From positions 1,440,001 to 1,504,000 of the forward strand of contig OZ253580.1 in assembly GCA_965263035.1 (NCBI GenBank): a DNA stretch of 64,000 nucleotides, written 5' to 3'. This document shows, piece by piece, positions 1 through 9,530 of the stretch (its first letter is position 1; each line of letters opens with the position of its first letter). The stretch comes from Acidobacteriota bacterium (GTDB lineage Bacteria; Acidobacteriota; UBA6911; RPQK01; JAJDTT01). A program made the position numbers and the translations under genes. A model generated the notes under the pieces. That model ran no database searches. It saw only the letters and a list, made by a program, of their open reading frames with translations, and was not told the DNA's origin.

Positions 1-28
1 TTTCCATTGCCGGGGAGGCAGCAGGATT

Positions 29-493
29 GTGAAGGAAGCCAAGGCCAAGCTGGAACAAGAGGTCCGGAAGTTGGAGCGCGAGCTGCGCGAGGAACTCCCC
101 GCGGCGCTCAAGAAAGCGTTGCAGATGGGCGATCTCCGGGAGAACGCCGAGTACCAGGCCGCCAAGGAACGGCAATCCTACGTCCAGGCCCGGCTGTCCC
201 ATCTGCAACAACGGCTGGCCAGCTTCTCCCTGATCAATCTGAGCAAGATTCCCACCGGTCGTATCTCCTACGGTTCCACCGTGGTCCTTTTCGACCTGGA
301 CACCGAAGCCGAGGTGACCTACCGGCTGGTCACCAGCGAGGAGTCGGACGTCAAGGCCGGCAAGATCTCCACCGCCTCTCCCATCGGTCGCAGCCTGCTG
401 AACCGGGAAGAGGGGGACGAGGTTCAGATCCGGACCCCCGGCGGGACCAAGAACTACGAGATCATGGAGCTCACGACCATCCACGACGAGTAG
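29..493 (+). CDS. greA: Transcription elongation factor GreA/GreB
   Basis: GDLRENAEYQAAK and ISTASPIGRSLL motifs, 154 aa. Confidence 0.93.
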   Translation: MKEAKAKLEQEVRKLERELREELPAALKKALQMGDLRENAEYQAAKERQSYVQARLSHLQQRLASFSLINLSKIPTGRISYGSTVVLFDLDTEAEVTYRLVTSEESDVKAGKISTASPIGRSLLNREEGDEVQIRTPGGTKNYEIMELTTIHDE

Positions 494-576
494 CTTTGGC
501 GAAGGCCCTGCGCAGCCATTGCCGCAATCTCCGTCCAGAGGGTCCGCTCGCCGCACCGTAGAGGGGCTGGCTAGGA

Positions 577-3038
577 CTGCCCTATACCCACAAATAGTGC
601 TGGACAAACAAGAATGCCTGTCGTAGTCTTCACGACATGGTAGTTCAGAACCAGATCAAGCGCACCTTGAGCCGAGAGTTGGATCGTTTGCACGCCGTGA
701 TGAGGCGGGAGAAGTTCGCCCACCGGACGGCGCTGGCGGACCGGGTCTGCTCGGAGTTTGGATTTCACGATGCCCGAGGGCGGGCGCAACGGAGCGGCTG
801 CCTGAAGGCGCTCCGGGAGCTGGAGGCGGGCGGACGGATTCGTCTGCCGACGCCGCGACGGCGGGTGAACCATTGCGGGCCCCGAGGACTGGGCCGTGCG
901 GTGCCGGAGCCGGTCGGGGTGCCCGAGACGGTGGACGGCGTGCGGGAGCTGGAGTTGATTCTGGTGGAGACGGGTCCGCAACGAGCGCTCTGGAACGAGT
1001 TGATGGCGCGAGAGCATCCACGGGGCGCGGGGCCGTTGGTGGGTGCTCAACTACGCTATCTGGTGGGCTCGGCCCACGGCTGGCTGGGGGGCTTGGGGTT
1101 CGGGGCGGCGGCGTTGCGGTTGCGGGACCGGGACCGCTGGATCGGATGGGATGAGGAACAACGCCGGGCGCACCTGCACCGGGTGGTGGGGCTGAGCCGG
1201 TTTCTGATCCGTCCGTCAGTGAGGTGTCGTAATCTGGCCTCCCGGGTGCTGGGGGAGGTGTTGCGGCGGCTGGGTCCGGAGTTCCAGGCGCGCTACGGCT
1301 ACCGTCCCTGGCTGGTGGAGACCTTCGTGGAGACGGCTCGCCACGATGGGGCCAGTTTGCGCGCCACGAACTGGAGGGTTCTGGGGCAGACGCAGGGTCG
1401 AGGCCGGCAAGATCGGGCGCACCGGGGTGCGGAGACGAGCAAGGCGATCTATGGGTATGAGTTGTGCCGGGATTGGCGGCGGCGGTTGGGGGTGGGACCG
1501 GCGCCGAGGCGGGGAGTGGAACCGATGTCGGAGGGCGAGGGACTGGAGGGAGCGGGCTGGGCTCAGCAGGAGTTGGGCGGGGCGCCGCTGGGAGACCGGC
1601 GCTTGAGTCGGCGACTGGTGGAGAGTGCGCACCGACAGGCGCAGGAGCCGGGGCGGGCGTTCACGGGAGTGGCGCGGGGGGATTCTGCGGCGGTCAAGGG
1701 ATACTACCGGCTGATCGACCAGCCGGAAGCCTCGGCGGTGACGGTGTCCAACATCCTGGCCCCGCACCGGGAGCGGACCCGGCAGCGGATGCAGGGGCAG
1801 CGGACGGTGCTGTGCATCCAGGACGGGAGCGATCTGAACTTCACGCGGCACGGCCGGTGTGAGGGACTGGGAGTGATCGGGCGCAACCAGACGGGAGCGA
1901 CGGCGCGGGGACTGCATCTGCACGCGACGCTGGTGGTGAGTGAGACGGGGCTGCCGCTGGGGGTGTTGCGGGCGAAGCTGGACGCGCCGAAGCCGGGACC
2001 GGTGGCCACGCGGAAAAAGAAGAAGACGTATCGCTGGATCGAGGGACTTCGGGACTGCGCCGAGGTGTCGCGGTCCCTCGACGGGGTGCGGGTGGTCAGC
2101 GTGGTGGACCGGGAGGCGGATTTTTTCGCACTGTTCGCCGAGCAACGAGCGTCTCCGGAGGTGGAGTTGCTGGTGCGTGCGAAGCAGGATCGGGTGCTGA
2201 AGAGGAAGACCCCGGCGAAGGCGGCCGGGAAAAGCGCGGATCCGGACCCGGAGCAGAAGCGGAAGCTGTTCGGGCGCCTGCGATCGGCGCCGGTGCGGGC
2301 CCGGATGCTGCTGGAGGTGAAGCGTCAGAGTGCGCGGATCAAGGCCAGCAAGCAGGCGGCCCGCCCGCGGCGGCTGGCGCGGGTGGCTCGGATGGAACTG
2401 CGCTACGAGACCCTGACGATTCCGGCGCCGCGCGGGAACCCAACCGGCATCCCGTCGCTGAGACTGTCGGTGGTGCACGCGCGGGAGGTCGCGCCGCCGG
2501 CGCAGGGGAAGCGCCTGGAATGGTTCCTGCTCACCACCCTGCCGGTGACCGATGTCGAGACGGCGCAGCAACTGCTGAGATGGTATGCGCTGCGCTGGCG
2601 GGTGGAGGATTATTTCCGGGTGCTCAAGACCGGATGCCGGGTACAACAGCTCCAGCACCAAACCGCCGAACGTCTGAAACGGGCCATCGCCATGCACGCC
2701 GTCATCGCCTGGCGGATCATGCTGATGACGCTGTTGGGGCGAGAGGACCCGGACCTGCCGGCGCAATTGTTGTTTTCCGATCTGGAAATCCGGGTCCTGG
2801 GGGCGTTTGCCGCGTCGCGAGGATTCCCAGCGCCGGAAGACCTGGGGGCGGCCGTGCTCGTGCTGGCCCGCCTGGGAGGATATCTGGCTCGTAAACACGA
2901 CTCCCCACCTGGGCATCAACTGATGTGGCAGGGCTACGTCACGCTCTACGGCATGTGTCTGGGCTTCGCTTTACGAGAAGAAACATGAATGAAACCGGAC
3001 GGCTAATTTGCCCTGTGCAATATGTGGGTAAAGGGCAG
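577..3038 (+). mobile_element. IS4-family insertion sequence, copy 1 (2462 bp)
   Basis: Terminal IRs CTGCCCTATACCCACA (577) and TGTGGGTAAAGGGCAG (ends 3038), 15/16 match; 8-bp target duplication GGCTAGGA at 569-576 and 3039-3046; second copy at 11457-13918. Confidence 0.95.
637..2988 (+). CDS. IS4 (IS50/Tn5-like) DDE transposase with N-terminal DUF4338/DruA-like domain
   Basis: WAQQELGGAPLGDRRL DNA-binding motif; IQDGS...DREAD...YALRWRVEDYFRVLK (YREK) catalytic motifs; ARLGGYL dimerisation motif; N-terminal LRYLV/RDRWIGW/SRFLIRP/NLASRVL/LVETFV/GASLRATNW/GQTQGRGR motifs of DUF4338. Confidence 0.9.
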   Translation: MVVQNQIKRTLSRELDRLHAVMRREKFAHRTALADRVCSEFGFHDARGRAQRSGCLKALRELEAGGRIRLPTPRRRVNHCGPRGLGRAVPEPVGVPETVDGVRELELILVETGPQRALWNELMAREHPRGAGPLVGAQLRYLVGSAHGWLGGLGFGAAALRLRDRDRWIGWDEEQRRAHLHRVVGLSRFLIRPSVRCRNLASRVLGEVLRRLGPEFQARYGYRPWLVETFVETARHDGASLRATNWRVLGQTQGRGRQDRAHRGAETSKAIYGYELCRDWRRRLGVGPAPRRGVEPMSEGEGLEGAGWAQQELGGAPLGDRRLSRRLVESAHRQAQEPGRAFTGVARGDSAAVKGYYRLIDQPEASAVTVSNILAPHRERTRQRMQGQRTVLCIQDGSDLNFTRHGRCEGLGVIGRNQTGATARGLHLHATLVVSETGLPLGVLRAKLDAPKPGPVATRKKKKTYRWIEGLRDCAEVSRSLDGVRVVSVVDREADFFALFAEQRASPEVELLVRAKQDRVLKRKTPAKAAGKSADPDPEQKRKLFGRLRSAPVRARMLLEVKRQSARIKASKQAARPRRLARVARMELRYETLTIPAPRGNPTGIPSLRLSVVHAREVAPPAQGKRLEWFLLTTLPVTDVETAQQLLRWYALRWRVEDYFRVLKTGCRVQQLQHQTAERLKRAIAMHAVIAWRIMLMTLLGREDPDLPAQLLFSDLEIRVLGAFAASRGFPAPEDLGAAVLVLARLGGYLARKHDSPPGHQLMWQGYVTLYGMCLGFALREET

Positions 3039-3044
3039 GGCTAG

Positions 3045-3203
3045 GAGCCTGCGCGGCAGAAATTGATCTACTGCGAAAGCGGTAGAATCGGTCCATATTT
3101 CCTCGATTTCTCGGCGAATAGAACAACTATGCACCTCCAAATCGAGAAAATCTGGCCTCGATTCCCCACTTTCTCGCTACGATCATTTCTACCGCGCAGA
3201 CTC
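3045..3203 (+). mobile_element. 159-bp MITE-like hairpin element, copy 1
   Basis: Ends GAGCCTGCGCGGCAGAAATTGATC / GATCATTTCTACCGCGCAGACTC; CTAG on both sides; further copies at 32547 and 35261. Confidence 0.85.
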
Positions 3204-3728
3204 CTAGACCTCGCCGTAGACCTCCGCAAGGGCCTTGTTCTCGACCCGGATGCGCGTACGGAGCGCTAGCAGGTTCAGCACGGATGCGATCACTGCCAGT
3301 GTCCACGCGCCGAACATCAGCGGCACCACGGCGATCTCGCCGCAAACGATCAGGTAATTCGGGTGGTTGACGTAGCGGTACGGCCCGGCCCGAATGCGTT
3401 TGGCGCCGGGCACGACCATGACGCGAGTCGTCCATCGCGAACCCAGGGTCACGACCACCCACACCCGCCCGCACTCCAGCAGGACGAAGACGGCCAGCAG
3501 CGGGATCGACACCGGCGTCTGCGGATCGATGGTGCCAAGCAGCGCCAGCAGCCAGCCGGCGTGCAGGGCGACAAGCGCGGGATAGTGCCGCCGGCCGAAC
3601 TCGATCGCCCCCCGAGCCACCAGCGCCCGATGGTTGCGCCGTGCGATGCCCAGTTCCACGAGACGCTGAAAAACCAGAAAGCCGATGATCGCGTACAGGG
3701 GGCTCATGGGAAACGAGCTCAGCATCAC
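3204..3728 (-). CDS. Isoprenylcysteine carboxyl methyltransferase-family protein (BpsB/SrsB-like alkylpyrone O-methyltransferase)
   Basis: Hydrophobic protein with GPYRYVNHPNY and RIRVEN motifs; directly downstream of a type III PKS. Confidence 0.85.
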   Translation of the reverse strand: MMLSSFPMSPLYAIIGFLVFQRLVELGIARRNHRALVARGAIEFGRRHYPALVALHAGWLLALLGTIDPQTPVSIPLLAVFVLLECGRVWVVVTLGSRWTTRVMVVPGAKRIRAGPYRYVNHPNYLIVCGEIAVVPLMFGAWTLAVIASVLNLLALRTRIRVENKALAEVYGEV

Positions 3729-4780
3729 ATCGACTGCAGTAGCAGGAATCCGGCCGAAAACCCCGGGCCCAGGCTGGTCAACAGGTGCCGTTTCGCCGTG
3801 CGGTCCCTGAGCATGCGGTCGAGTACGAACAGCACGGTCGCGGCCGACATGTTGCCGTAGTCACGCAAGACCGCCCGCGACTCTTCGAGCCCCCCGGGCG
3901 GGAGGTCGAACGCCTCTTCGAGGGCGTCAAGCACCTTGGCGCCGCCGGGGTGGCAGACGAAGCTGTCGATATCGCGAAGACCCAGGCTCCGGGTGGAAAG
4001 AAATTCCTCCGTTGCGCGCCGCATGCGCGAACGGACGAGGTCGGGAATACTGCGCGAGAACACGACCCCGAACCCGTCATCGGCCACGTCCCAACCCATG
4101 ATGTCGAGCGAATCAGGCCACGTGTATTCGCCCCACGAGGAGATCGCCGGTCCCGGTCCGTCATCCGTCAGCAATACCGCCGCGGCGCCGTCACGGAACA
4201 ACGCCGTGGCGACGAGGTTCCGAACGGATCGATCGCGGCCACGGAACGTGAGGGTGCAGAGTTCTACGACCAGGAACAGAACGCGACTGCCAGGAGAAGC
4301 CCGCGCACAAGCGGCGGCGCGCGCCAGCCCCAGCACGCCTCCTGCGCATCCCAGACCGAAGATCGGCAGTCTTTGCACGTCGCGGCGAAACGGCAGCTCG
4401 GTCATGAGCCTGGCGTCCAGGCTGGGCGTAGCGATGCCGGTCGTCGAGACGGTGACGATCAGGTCGATGTCGCCGGGGTCGGTGTTGCCGGCGGCCAGGC
4501 ACTCGACGGCCGCGTCTTTCAGCAGGGCCACCGCATTTTCGAGGTACAGCCGGTTCTTCTCCGCGAAGCCGTGCCCGGTTTCCCCGTACCAGCTTCTGGG
4601 CAGGCAGCAATACCCTTCTCCGATCGCCGCGTTCTCGTAAACATCAAGCAGGCGATCCAGGCCCGCGACGCTGCCGGCAAAGAAACTGGCACCGAAATCC
4701 CTGACCTCGTCCTGGGTTATCCGGTGGGACGGAACCGCCGTCGCGATCGACCTGATTCGCGGACCCGATTCTGCCGTCAC
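3725..4780 (-). CDS. Type III polyketide synthase (chalcone synthase-like, BpsA/SrsA-like)
   Basis: Catalytic Cys (GLGCAGG), His (HPGG) and Asn (YGNMS); GPGF motif. Confidence 0.92.
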   Translation of the reverse strand: MTAESGPRIRSIATAVPSHRITQDEVRDFGASFFAGSVAGLDRLLDVYENAAIGEGYCCLPRSWYGETGHGFAEKNRLYLENAVALLKDAAVECLAAGNTDPGDIDLIVTVSTTGIATPSLDARLMTELPFRRDVQRLPIFGLGCAGGVLGLARAAACARASPGSRVLFLVVELCTLTFRGRDRSVRNLVATALFRDGAAAVLLTDDGPGPAISSWGEYTWPDSLDIMGWDVADDGFGVVFSRSIPDLVRSRMRRATEEFLSTRSLGLRDIDSFVCHPGGAKVLDALEEAFDLPPGGLEESRAVLRDYGNMSAATVLFVLDRMLRDRTAKRHLLTSLGPGFSAGFLLLQSM

Positions 4781-5055
4781 CGGAACCCCTCCTCCAGTCC
4801 AGTTCTCATCGGGAAATCCTCAAGTTATTGATAAATAAGGGATAAGAAGGCGTTTTCAAGTTCCGGTTCCAGCCTGATCATGGGTTAGGCCATTGGCGAC
4901 AGATTAAAGACAACAAACGACTTGCACAAGACCGAGTGTTTGATCTTGCGTCGCCACCGGAAAAACCAACTTCGACTGACCAGCCCCTGGCCGGACCAAG
5001 CGCAACAAGATCCTATAGCTCGCCACCATCCACGATGAAAAGGTCTTGGTTTCTA

Positions 5056-6231
5056 CTATCGTAGCGGGGGGCTCCAGATCGTCGCTCCGATGTAGCGCTC
5101 GGGGCCGGAGGCCTCGTCGGTGAAGTAGTACACCGCGACCACCTTGCCGTCCGGTCTCTGCACGGCTCGGACGTAGCCGATGTCGCGGCTGGCGCCGTCG
5201 TCGCGGAGCGTGACGGGTTCGCTCCAGGTCCGGCCACCGTCGCTACTGAGCACCGCACGAATGCTGTAGGGCTCGGCCCGGTAGCCGTAGAGCAGGCAGA
5301 TGCGGCCGTCCCGCAGCCGGATCATGGCGGGCGGGTTGCCGACGCCCGTGTCGGAGACGGCGTCGTTGATGTACTCCCAGGTCGCACCGTTATCGGTGGA
5401 CAGGTAGGTCGCGATCCACCGCCTGGGCCCTTCGCGATCGCGGACCGTCACCAGGATGTCGGTTTCGCTGAGCCGCAACGAGGCGGGCATGATGGAAAAC
5501 CCCTCCTCCGGCTCGGGGGCGATCCAGGAAAGGAACTTCCAGGTCTTGCCGCCGTCGGTGGTGCGGACACAGAGGGGGCGGCCCTCCCTGCCGTTGGGCT
5601 TCGCGGCCGTGATGAACAGGGTGGAGGTTTCTTGGCCGTCGACGATGTAGTCCGTTCTGGGGGCGATTCCGGGAGTATCGAAGCTGGGTAGCCGGAACGG
5701 GCCGTCCCAGGAGCGCCCGCGGTCGTAGGAGTAGAACACCCGGCCGATTCCGGCGTGAATGCTGTTGGTGCGGACCGTCAGCGCGAAGTCGGGGTGGGTG
5801 AAGTCGATGCCGCCCTCGCTCTCCCGCAAGGGAGGGATGGTCACGCCCGGCCGCGTGACTCCGTGCAGATACCCCCCCTCGGTGAGCAGGTACCCGTTGG
5901 CGCCCGGATCCTCCAGCGACCAGGTCTCACCGCCGTCGAGGCTCCTGGCCAGCATGGGAATCTCGGGTTTTTCGCGATCGATGTGGTGGCTCAGACCCTG
6001 ATCCTTGTAGTAGCCCATGCCGAATCCGACGAGAATCTCCTCATCCCAGATCCAGATCCCGTGGTTGGCCGGCCACCCGCCGAACATGCCTTTCTCGAAG
6101 TAGACCTTGACGTGGCGGGGCTCGTCCGCCGGCTCCGCACCCTCACTGCTCGATCCCGAGTCGCCAGGGACTGTGCAGGCAACGGCCCCGATCGCCAGCA
6201 CGCCTGCTGCGGCAATGTTTCTCCAAGTCAT
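5056..6231 (-). CDS. BNR/Asp-box repeat (sialidase-like) lipoprotein
   Basis: Five Asp-boxes (SLDGGETW, SYDRGRSW, TTDGGKTW, STDNGATW, SSDGGRTW); lipobox-like AVAC after MTWRNIAAAG; start moved to ATG 6231. Confidence 0.8.
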   Translation of the reverse strand: MTWRNIAAAGVLAIGAVACTVPGDSGSSSEGAEPADEPRHVKVYFEKGMFGGWPANHGIWIWDEEILVGFGMGYYKDQGLSHHIDREKPEIPMLARSLDGGETWSLEDPGANGYLLTEGGYLHGVTRPGVTIPPLRESEGGIDFTHPDFALTVRTNSIHAGIGRVFYSYDRGRSWDGPFRLPSFDTPGIAPRTDYIVDGQETSTLFITAAKPNGREGRPLCVRTTDGGKTWKFLSWIAPEPEEGFSIMPASLRLSETDILVTVRDREGPRRWIATYLSTDNGATWEYINDAVSDTGVGNPPAMIRLRDGRICLLYGYRAEPYSIRAVLSSDGGRTWSEPVTLRDDGASRDIGYVRAVQRPDGKVVAVYYFTDEASGPERYIGATIWSPPLR

Positions 6232-6441
6232 GGGATCCTCCATCTCTTCTTCACATTTCGCCCGAAGCCTATACCGGAATACCCGCCGCCGAACATACGG
6301 ATCCCGGTCAGTGTTGACAAGGCGTGGCGGGTCCCTGTCTTTGGGGTTGGCCGTAGAACGTCCAGGATCGGGCAAGAGTAGAGCCCCTGATCAACGCTCC
6401 ATGCCCAAGCCCGGCAATCTGCTACATTCAATGGACCCGAC

Positions 6442-8553
6442 ATGAACCACAGCCAGATCGCCAGCTTCATTTGGGGCGTGGCGGACCTGATCCGCGACAC
6501 CTTCAAACGCGGCAAGTACCAGGACGTGATCCTGCCGCTCACCGTGCTGCGCCGGCTCGACTGCGTGCTGTCCCCTACGAAACCAAAGGTGCTGGAAGTC
6601 CAGGCCAGATTCAGGGGCAAACTCGAGAACCTCGACCCACTGCTTCGGCGCGCCTCCGGATTCGCCTTCTACAACACGTCCCGCTACGACTTCGAGAAAC
6701 TGCTCGCCGACGCGCCTCACATCGCGCAGAACCTGCGGAACTACATCGCCGGGTTCAGCCCCAACATGCGGGAGGTGCTGGAGAAGTTCGACTTCGACAA
6801 CACCATCTCCAAGCTCGACGAGGCGGGCCTCCTCTTCCTGGTCATGCAGCGGTTCGGCGACCCGAAGGTGAACCTCCACCCGGACGCCATCGACAACTTC
6901 ACCATGGGCACGATCTTCGAGGAGCTCATCCGTAAGTTCAACGAGGCGCTGAACGAGAACCCCGGCGAACACTTCACGCCCCGCGATGTGGTCCATCTCA
7001 TGGTGGACCTGATGCTGGCCGGTGACGAGGAAGAACTGCGCAAGAAGGGCGTTGCGCGGAGCGTCTACGACCCTTGCTGTGGCTCAGGCGGCATGCTCAC
7101 CATCGCCAAGGAGCACACGACCCTCGGCGAGATACGAGAGGGCAAGCGGCTGGGCGACCCCGTGAACCCGGACGCTCACATCCACCTGTTCGGCCAGGAG
7201 GTGAACCCGGAAACGTTCGCGATCTGCAAGTCCGACCTCTTCATGAAGTCGAAAGACGGCCGCGACGCGAAGAAGATCCTGTTCGGGAGCACGCTCTCGA
7301 ACGATCGGCACGCCGGAACCGGCTTCGACTACATGATCGCCAATCCTCCCTACGGCAAAGACTGGAAGCGCGACCAGGACGCAGTACGGGGCGAGCACGA
7401 TCGAGGCGCTGCCGGCCGCTTCGCACCGGGCCTGCCGCGGATCAGCGACGGCCAGCTCCTGTTCCTGCTGCACATGCTCGCGCACGCCAAAGAACCGGCC
7501 CAGGGCGGCTCCCGGGTGGCCATCATCATGAACGGCTCGCCGCTCTTCACCGGCGACGCCGGCAGCGGCGAGAGCGAAATCCGCCGCTGGATCCTTGAGA
7601 ACGACCTGCTCGAGGCGCTCATCGCGCTGCCCGAGCAGCTCTTCTACAACACGGGGATCGCCACCTACGTCTGGGTGCTCACGAACCGGAAACGGCCCGA
7701 GCGGCGCGGCAAGGTCCAGCTCATCCACGCCACGTCGTTCTGGGTCCTGCTGCGAAAGAGCCTGGGCGCCAAACGCCGCGAAGTCCCGTTCGACCGCAAG
7801 GAGGACGTCCTGCGGCTGCTGGAGGACTTCGAGGACGGCGCGACCCGCAAGGTGGACGATAACGGCGAGGAACGGGAGGTGGTCGTCAGCCGCATCTATC
7901 CCACCACCCGGTTCGGCTTTCGCAAGATCACGGTGGAACGGCCGCTTCGGCTCGATTTCCAGGCCAGCCCCGAGCGGATCGCGCGGCTCGACGACCAGCG
8001 CGCCTTCGTCAACCTGGCCCGGTCCCGCAAGAAGGGCCCAGCCAAGGCCAAGGACGAGGCGGCGGGCCGCGAGAAGCAGGCCGCGATCCGCGCCCTCCTC
8101 CGTAGTCTGCCCGACCGGCTCTTCCTGGATCGGGCTGTCTTCGAATCCGAACTCTCCCGGGCAACGCAAACTGCCGGGCTGAAACTCACCGCGCCTCTAA
8201 AAAAAGCCGTGCTCTCCGCCCTGTCCGAGCGAAACACCGAAGCCGCGGTCTGCCGGGACCGAAAGGGCCGCCCGGAGCCCGATCCGCAGCTCCGCGACAC
8301 GGAGAACGTGCCTCTCCTGGAGGACGTAGAGTCGTTCTTCGAGCGCGAGGTGAGGCCCCACGTTCCCGACGCCTGGATCGATTCTAAGCGCCGGGACCCC
8401 CAGGACGGAAAGGTCGGGCTTGTGGGCTACGAGTTCAACTTCAATCGCTACTTCTACGAATACCGACCGCCCCGTCCCTTGGAGGAGATCGAGGCCGACA
8501 TCCGGCGGGTGGAGAAGGAGATCGCGGCGATGCTGGAAGAGACGCGCGGTTGA
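6442..8553 (+). CDS. hsdM: Type I restriction-modification methyltransferase subunit
   Basis: GEHFTPRDVV, YDPCCGSGGML (motif I), ANPPY (motif IV), LFYNTGI. Confidence 0.95.
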   Translation: MNHSQIASFIWGVADLIRDTFKRGKYQDVILPLTVLRRLDCVLSPTKPKVLEVQARFRGKLENLDPLLRRASGFAFYNTSRYDFEKLLADAPHIAQNLRNYIAGFSPNMREVLEKFDFDNTISKLDEAGLLFLVMQRFGDPKVNLHPDAIDNFTMGTIFEELIRKFNEALNENPGEHFTPRDVVHLMVDLMLAGDEEELRKKGVARSVYDPCCGSGGMLTIAKEHTTLGEIREGKRLGDPVNPDAHIHLFGQEVNPETFAICKSDLFMKSKDGRDAKKILFGSTLSNDRHAGTGFDYMIANPPYGKDWKRDQDAVRGEHDRGAAGRFAPGLPRISDGQLLFLLHMLAHAKEPAQGGSRVAIIMNGSPLFTGDAGSGESEIRRWILENDLLEALIALPEQLFYNTGIATYVWVLTNRKRPERRGKVQLIHATSFWVLLRKSLGAKRREVPFDRKEDVLRLLEDFEDGATRKVDDNGEEREVVVSRIYPTTRFGFRKITVERPLRLDFQASPERIARLDDQRAFVNLARSRKKGPAKAKDEAAGREKQAAIRALLRSLPDRLFLDRAVFESELSRATQTAGLKLTAPLKKAVLSALSERNTEAAVCRDRKGRPEPDPQLRDTENVPLLEDVESFFEREVRPHVPDAWIDSKRRDPQDGKVGLVGYEFNFNRYFYEYRPPRPLEEIEADIRRVEKEIAAMLEETRG

Positions 8554-8686
8554 CGCCGACCCGTCTGCGGCGGCTGCGGGCCAAGCAGACCGAGAGGAGA
8601 CTGTCGCCGCTCCCCGTCAGTCTCCTTCGTGCGATTCACAGCAGTTGACACGCACTCGACGCCACAAGACTTCCGGTTCTACCTCC

Positions 8687-8715
8687 TTGACACACACCAT
8701 GTGTGGCTCTAGGAT
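8687..8715 (+). promoter_or_regulatory. Sigma70-type promoter of the VapBC-like operon with overlapping operator
   Basis: TTGACA(8687)-17 bp-TAGGAT(8710); inverted repeat CACACA-cca-TGTGTG at 8691-8705. Confidence 0.75.
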
Positions 8716-8723
8716 CACGGACC

Positions 8724-9029
8724 ATGGGAGATACGCGGCGAGTCCAAGTGACGCTCGATGCGAGGGGATACGCGGCGGTGTCGCGGATTGCACGACGCGA
8801 AGGGAAGAAGCTGGCCGCAGTCGTGCGGGAGGCCGTCGAGCAGTACTGCGTTCTGCCGGAGGCGCGGCAACGGCGACTGGAGGCCATCGACAGGCTGTAC
8901 GCGACGGGGGCGGTCCCAGCGCCAGAATCGCTGCCGGAGTGGGAACGCCAGTACAGTCGGCTGAAGGTCGGCCTGGCTACCGACTGTCTCCACACCACCG
9001 AAGGTCCGGGAAGTCACGAGGACAGTTGA
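8724..9029 (+). CDS. Putative ribbon-helix-helix antitoxin (VapB-like)
   Basis: RRVQVTL beta-strand followed by helices (LAAVVREAVEQY); overlaps the PIN toxin start. Confidence 0.75.
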   Translation: MGDTRRVQVTLDARGYAAVSRIARREGKKLAAVVREAVEQYCVLPEARQRRLEAIDRLYATGAVPAPESLPEWERQYSRLKVGLATDCLHTTEGPGSHEDS

Positions 9030-9454
9030 CGAGCGTGCGTGATTCACTGTTCGTGGACGCCAACGTGTTCATGTACCTCGCGGGCGGTGATGCCCTGTAC
9101 CGGGAGGCCTGCCGACGGGCTCTGTTGGCCGCGACTGAGCAGGGGACCATGTTGATCACCAGCACAGAAGTACTGCAGGAGATCCTCCATTACCATGTCG
9201 CCCGAAGGCGGCCCGAAAACGCCCGGACCGTGTACCGGGCAGTGACAGACATCTGCGACGAGATCCTGCCGGTGACGGAACACCAAACGGCCCGTGCGCT
9301 CGAACTGCTGGTGCGGCATCCCGGGTTGCCGGCACGAGACGCCCTGCACGTCGCGACGATGGAGGTCCACGGCGTCGAGCGGCTGCTGTCGGCAGACCGG
9401 CACTTCGATCAGATCGACACCGTCACGCGTGTCGACCCGCTCGCCCCCCCTTGA
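9026..9454 (+). CDS. vapC: PIN-domain toxin (VapC family)
   Basis: FVDANVFMY, TEVLQE, RDALHVATM, LSADRHFD acidic PIN motifs; start TTG 9026 or GTG 9035. Confidence 0.88.
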   Translation: MTSVRDSLFVDANVFMYLAGGDALYREACRRALLAATEQGTMLITSTEVLQEILHYHVARRRPENARTVYRAVTDICDEILPVTEHQTARALELLVRHPGLPARDALHVATMEVHGVERLLSADRHFDQIDTVTRVDPLAPP

Positions 9455-9530
9455 TCCTCCGCCTGCACTGGACGACAAACAGGCGGAGAATGAGACCGCC
9501 GTCATGCTGCAGGACATGACGGCGAGTTGA
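9455..9530 (+). pseudogene. Degenerate second copy of the hsdM 3' end
   Basis: 9483-9518 matches hsdM 8509-8544 at 26/36 nt; peptide AENETAVMLQDM vs VEKEIAAMLEET, followed by a stop. Confidence 0.55.

Noticed and set aside
637-1500. Druantia defence system
   Set aside because: Only a DruA-like domain fused to a transposase; no DruE helicase or other dru genes in the window.
3063-3269. Small ORF MIYCESGRIGPYF..., and N-terminal extensions of trmD (to 32636) and selB (from 35324)
   Set aside because: All are read out of the 159-bp MITE; the true starts are 32483 and 35453.
8420-9025. 344-aa ORF suggesting a long N-terminal extension on VapC
   Set aside because: The extension overlaps hsdM, the promoter and the antitoxin; the PIN domain starts at about 9026-9035.
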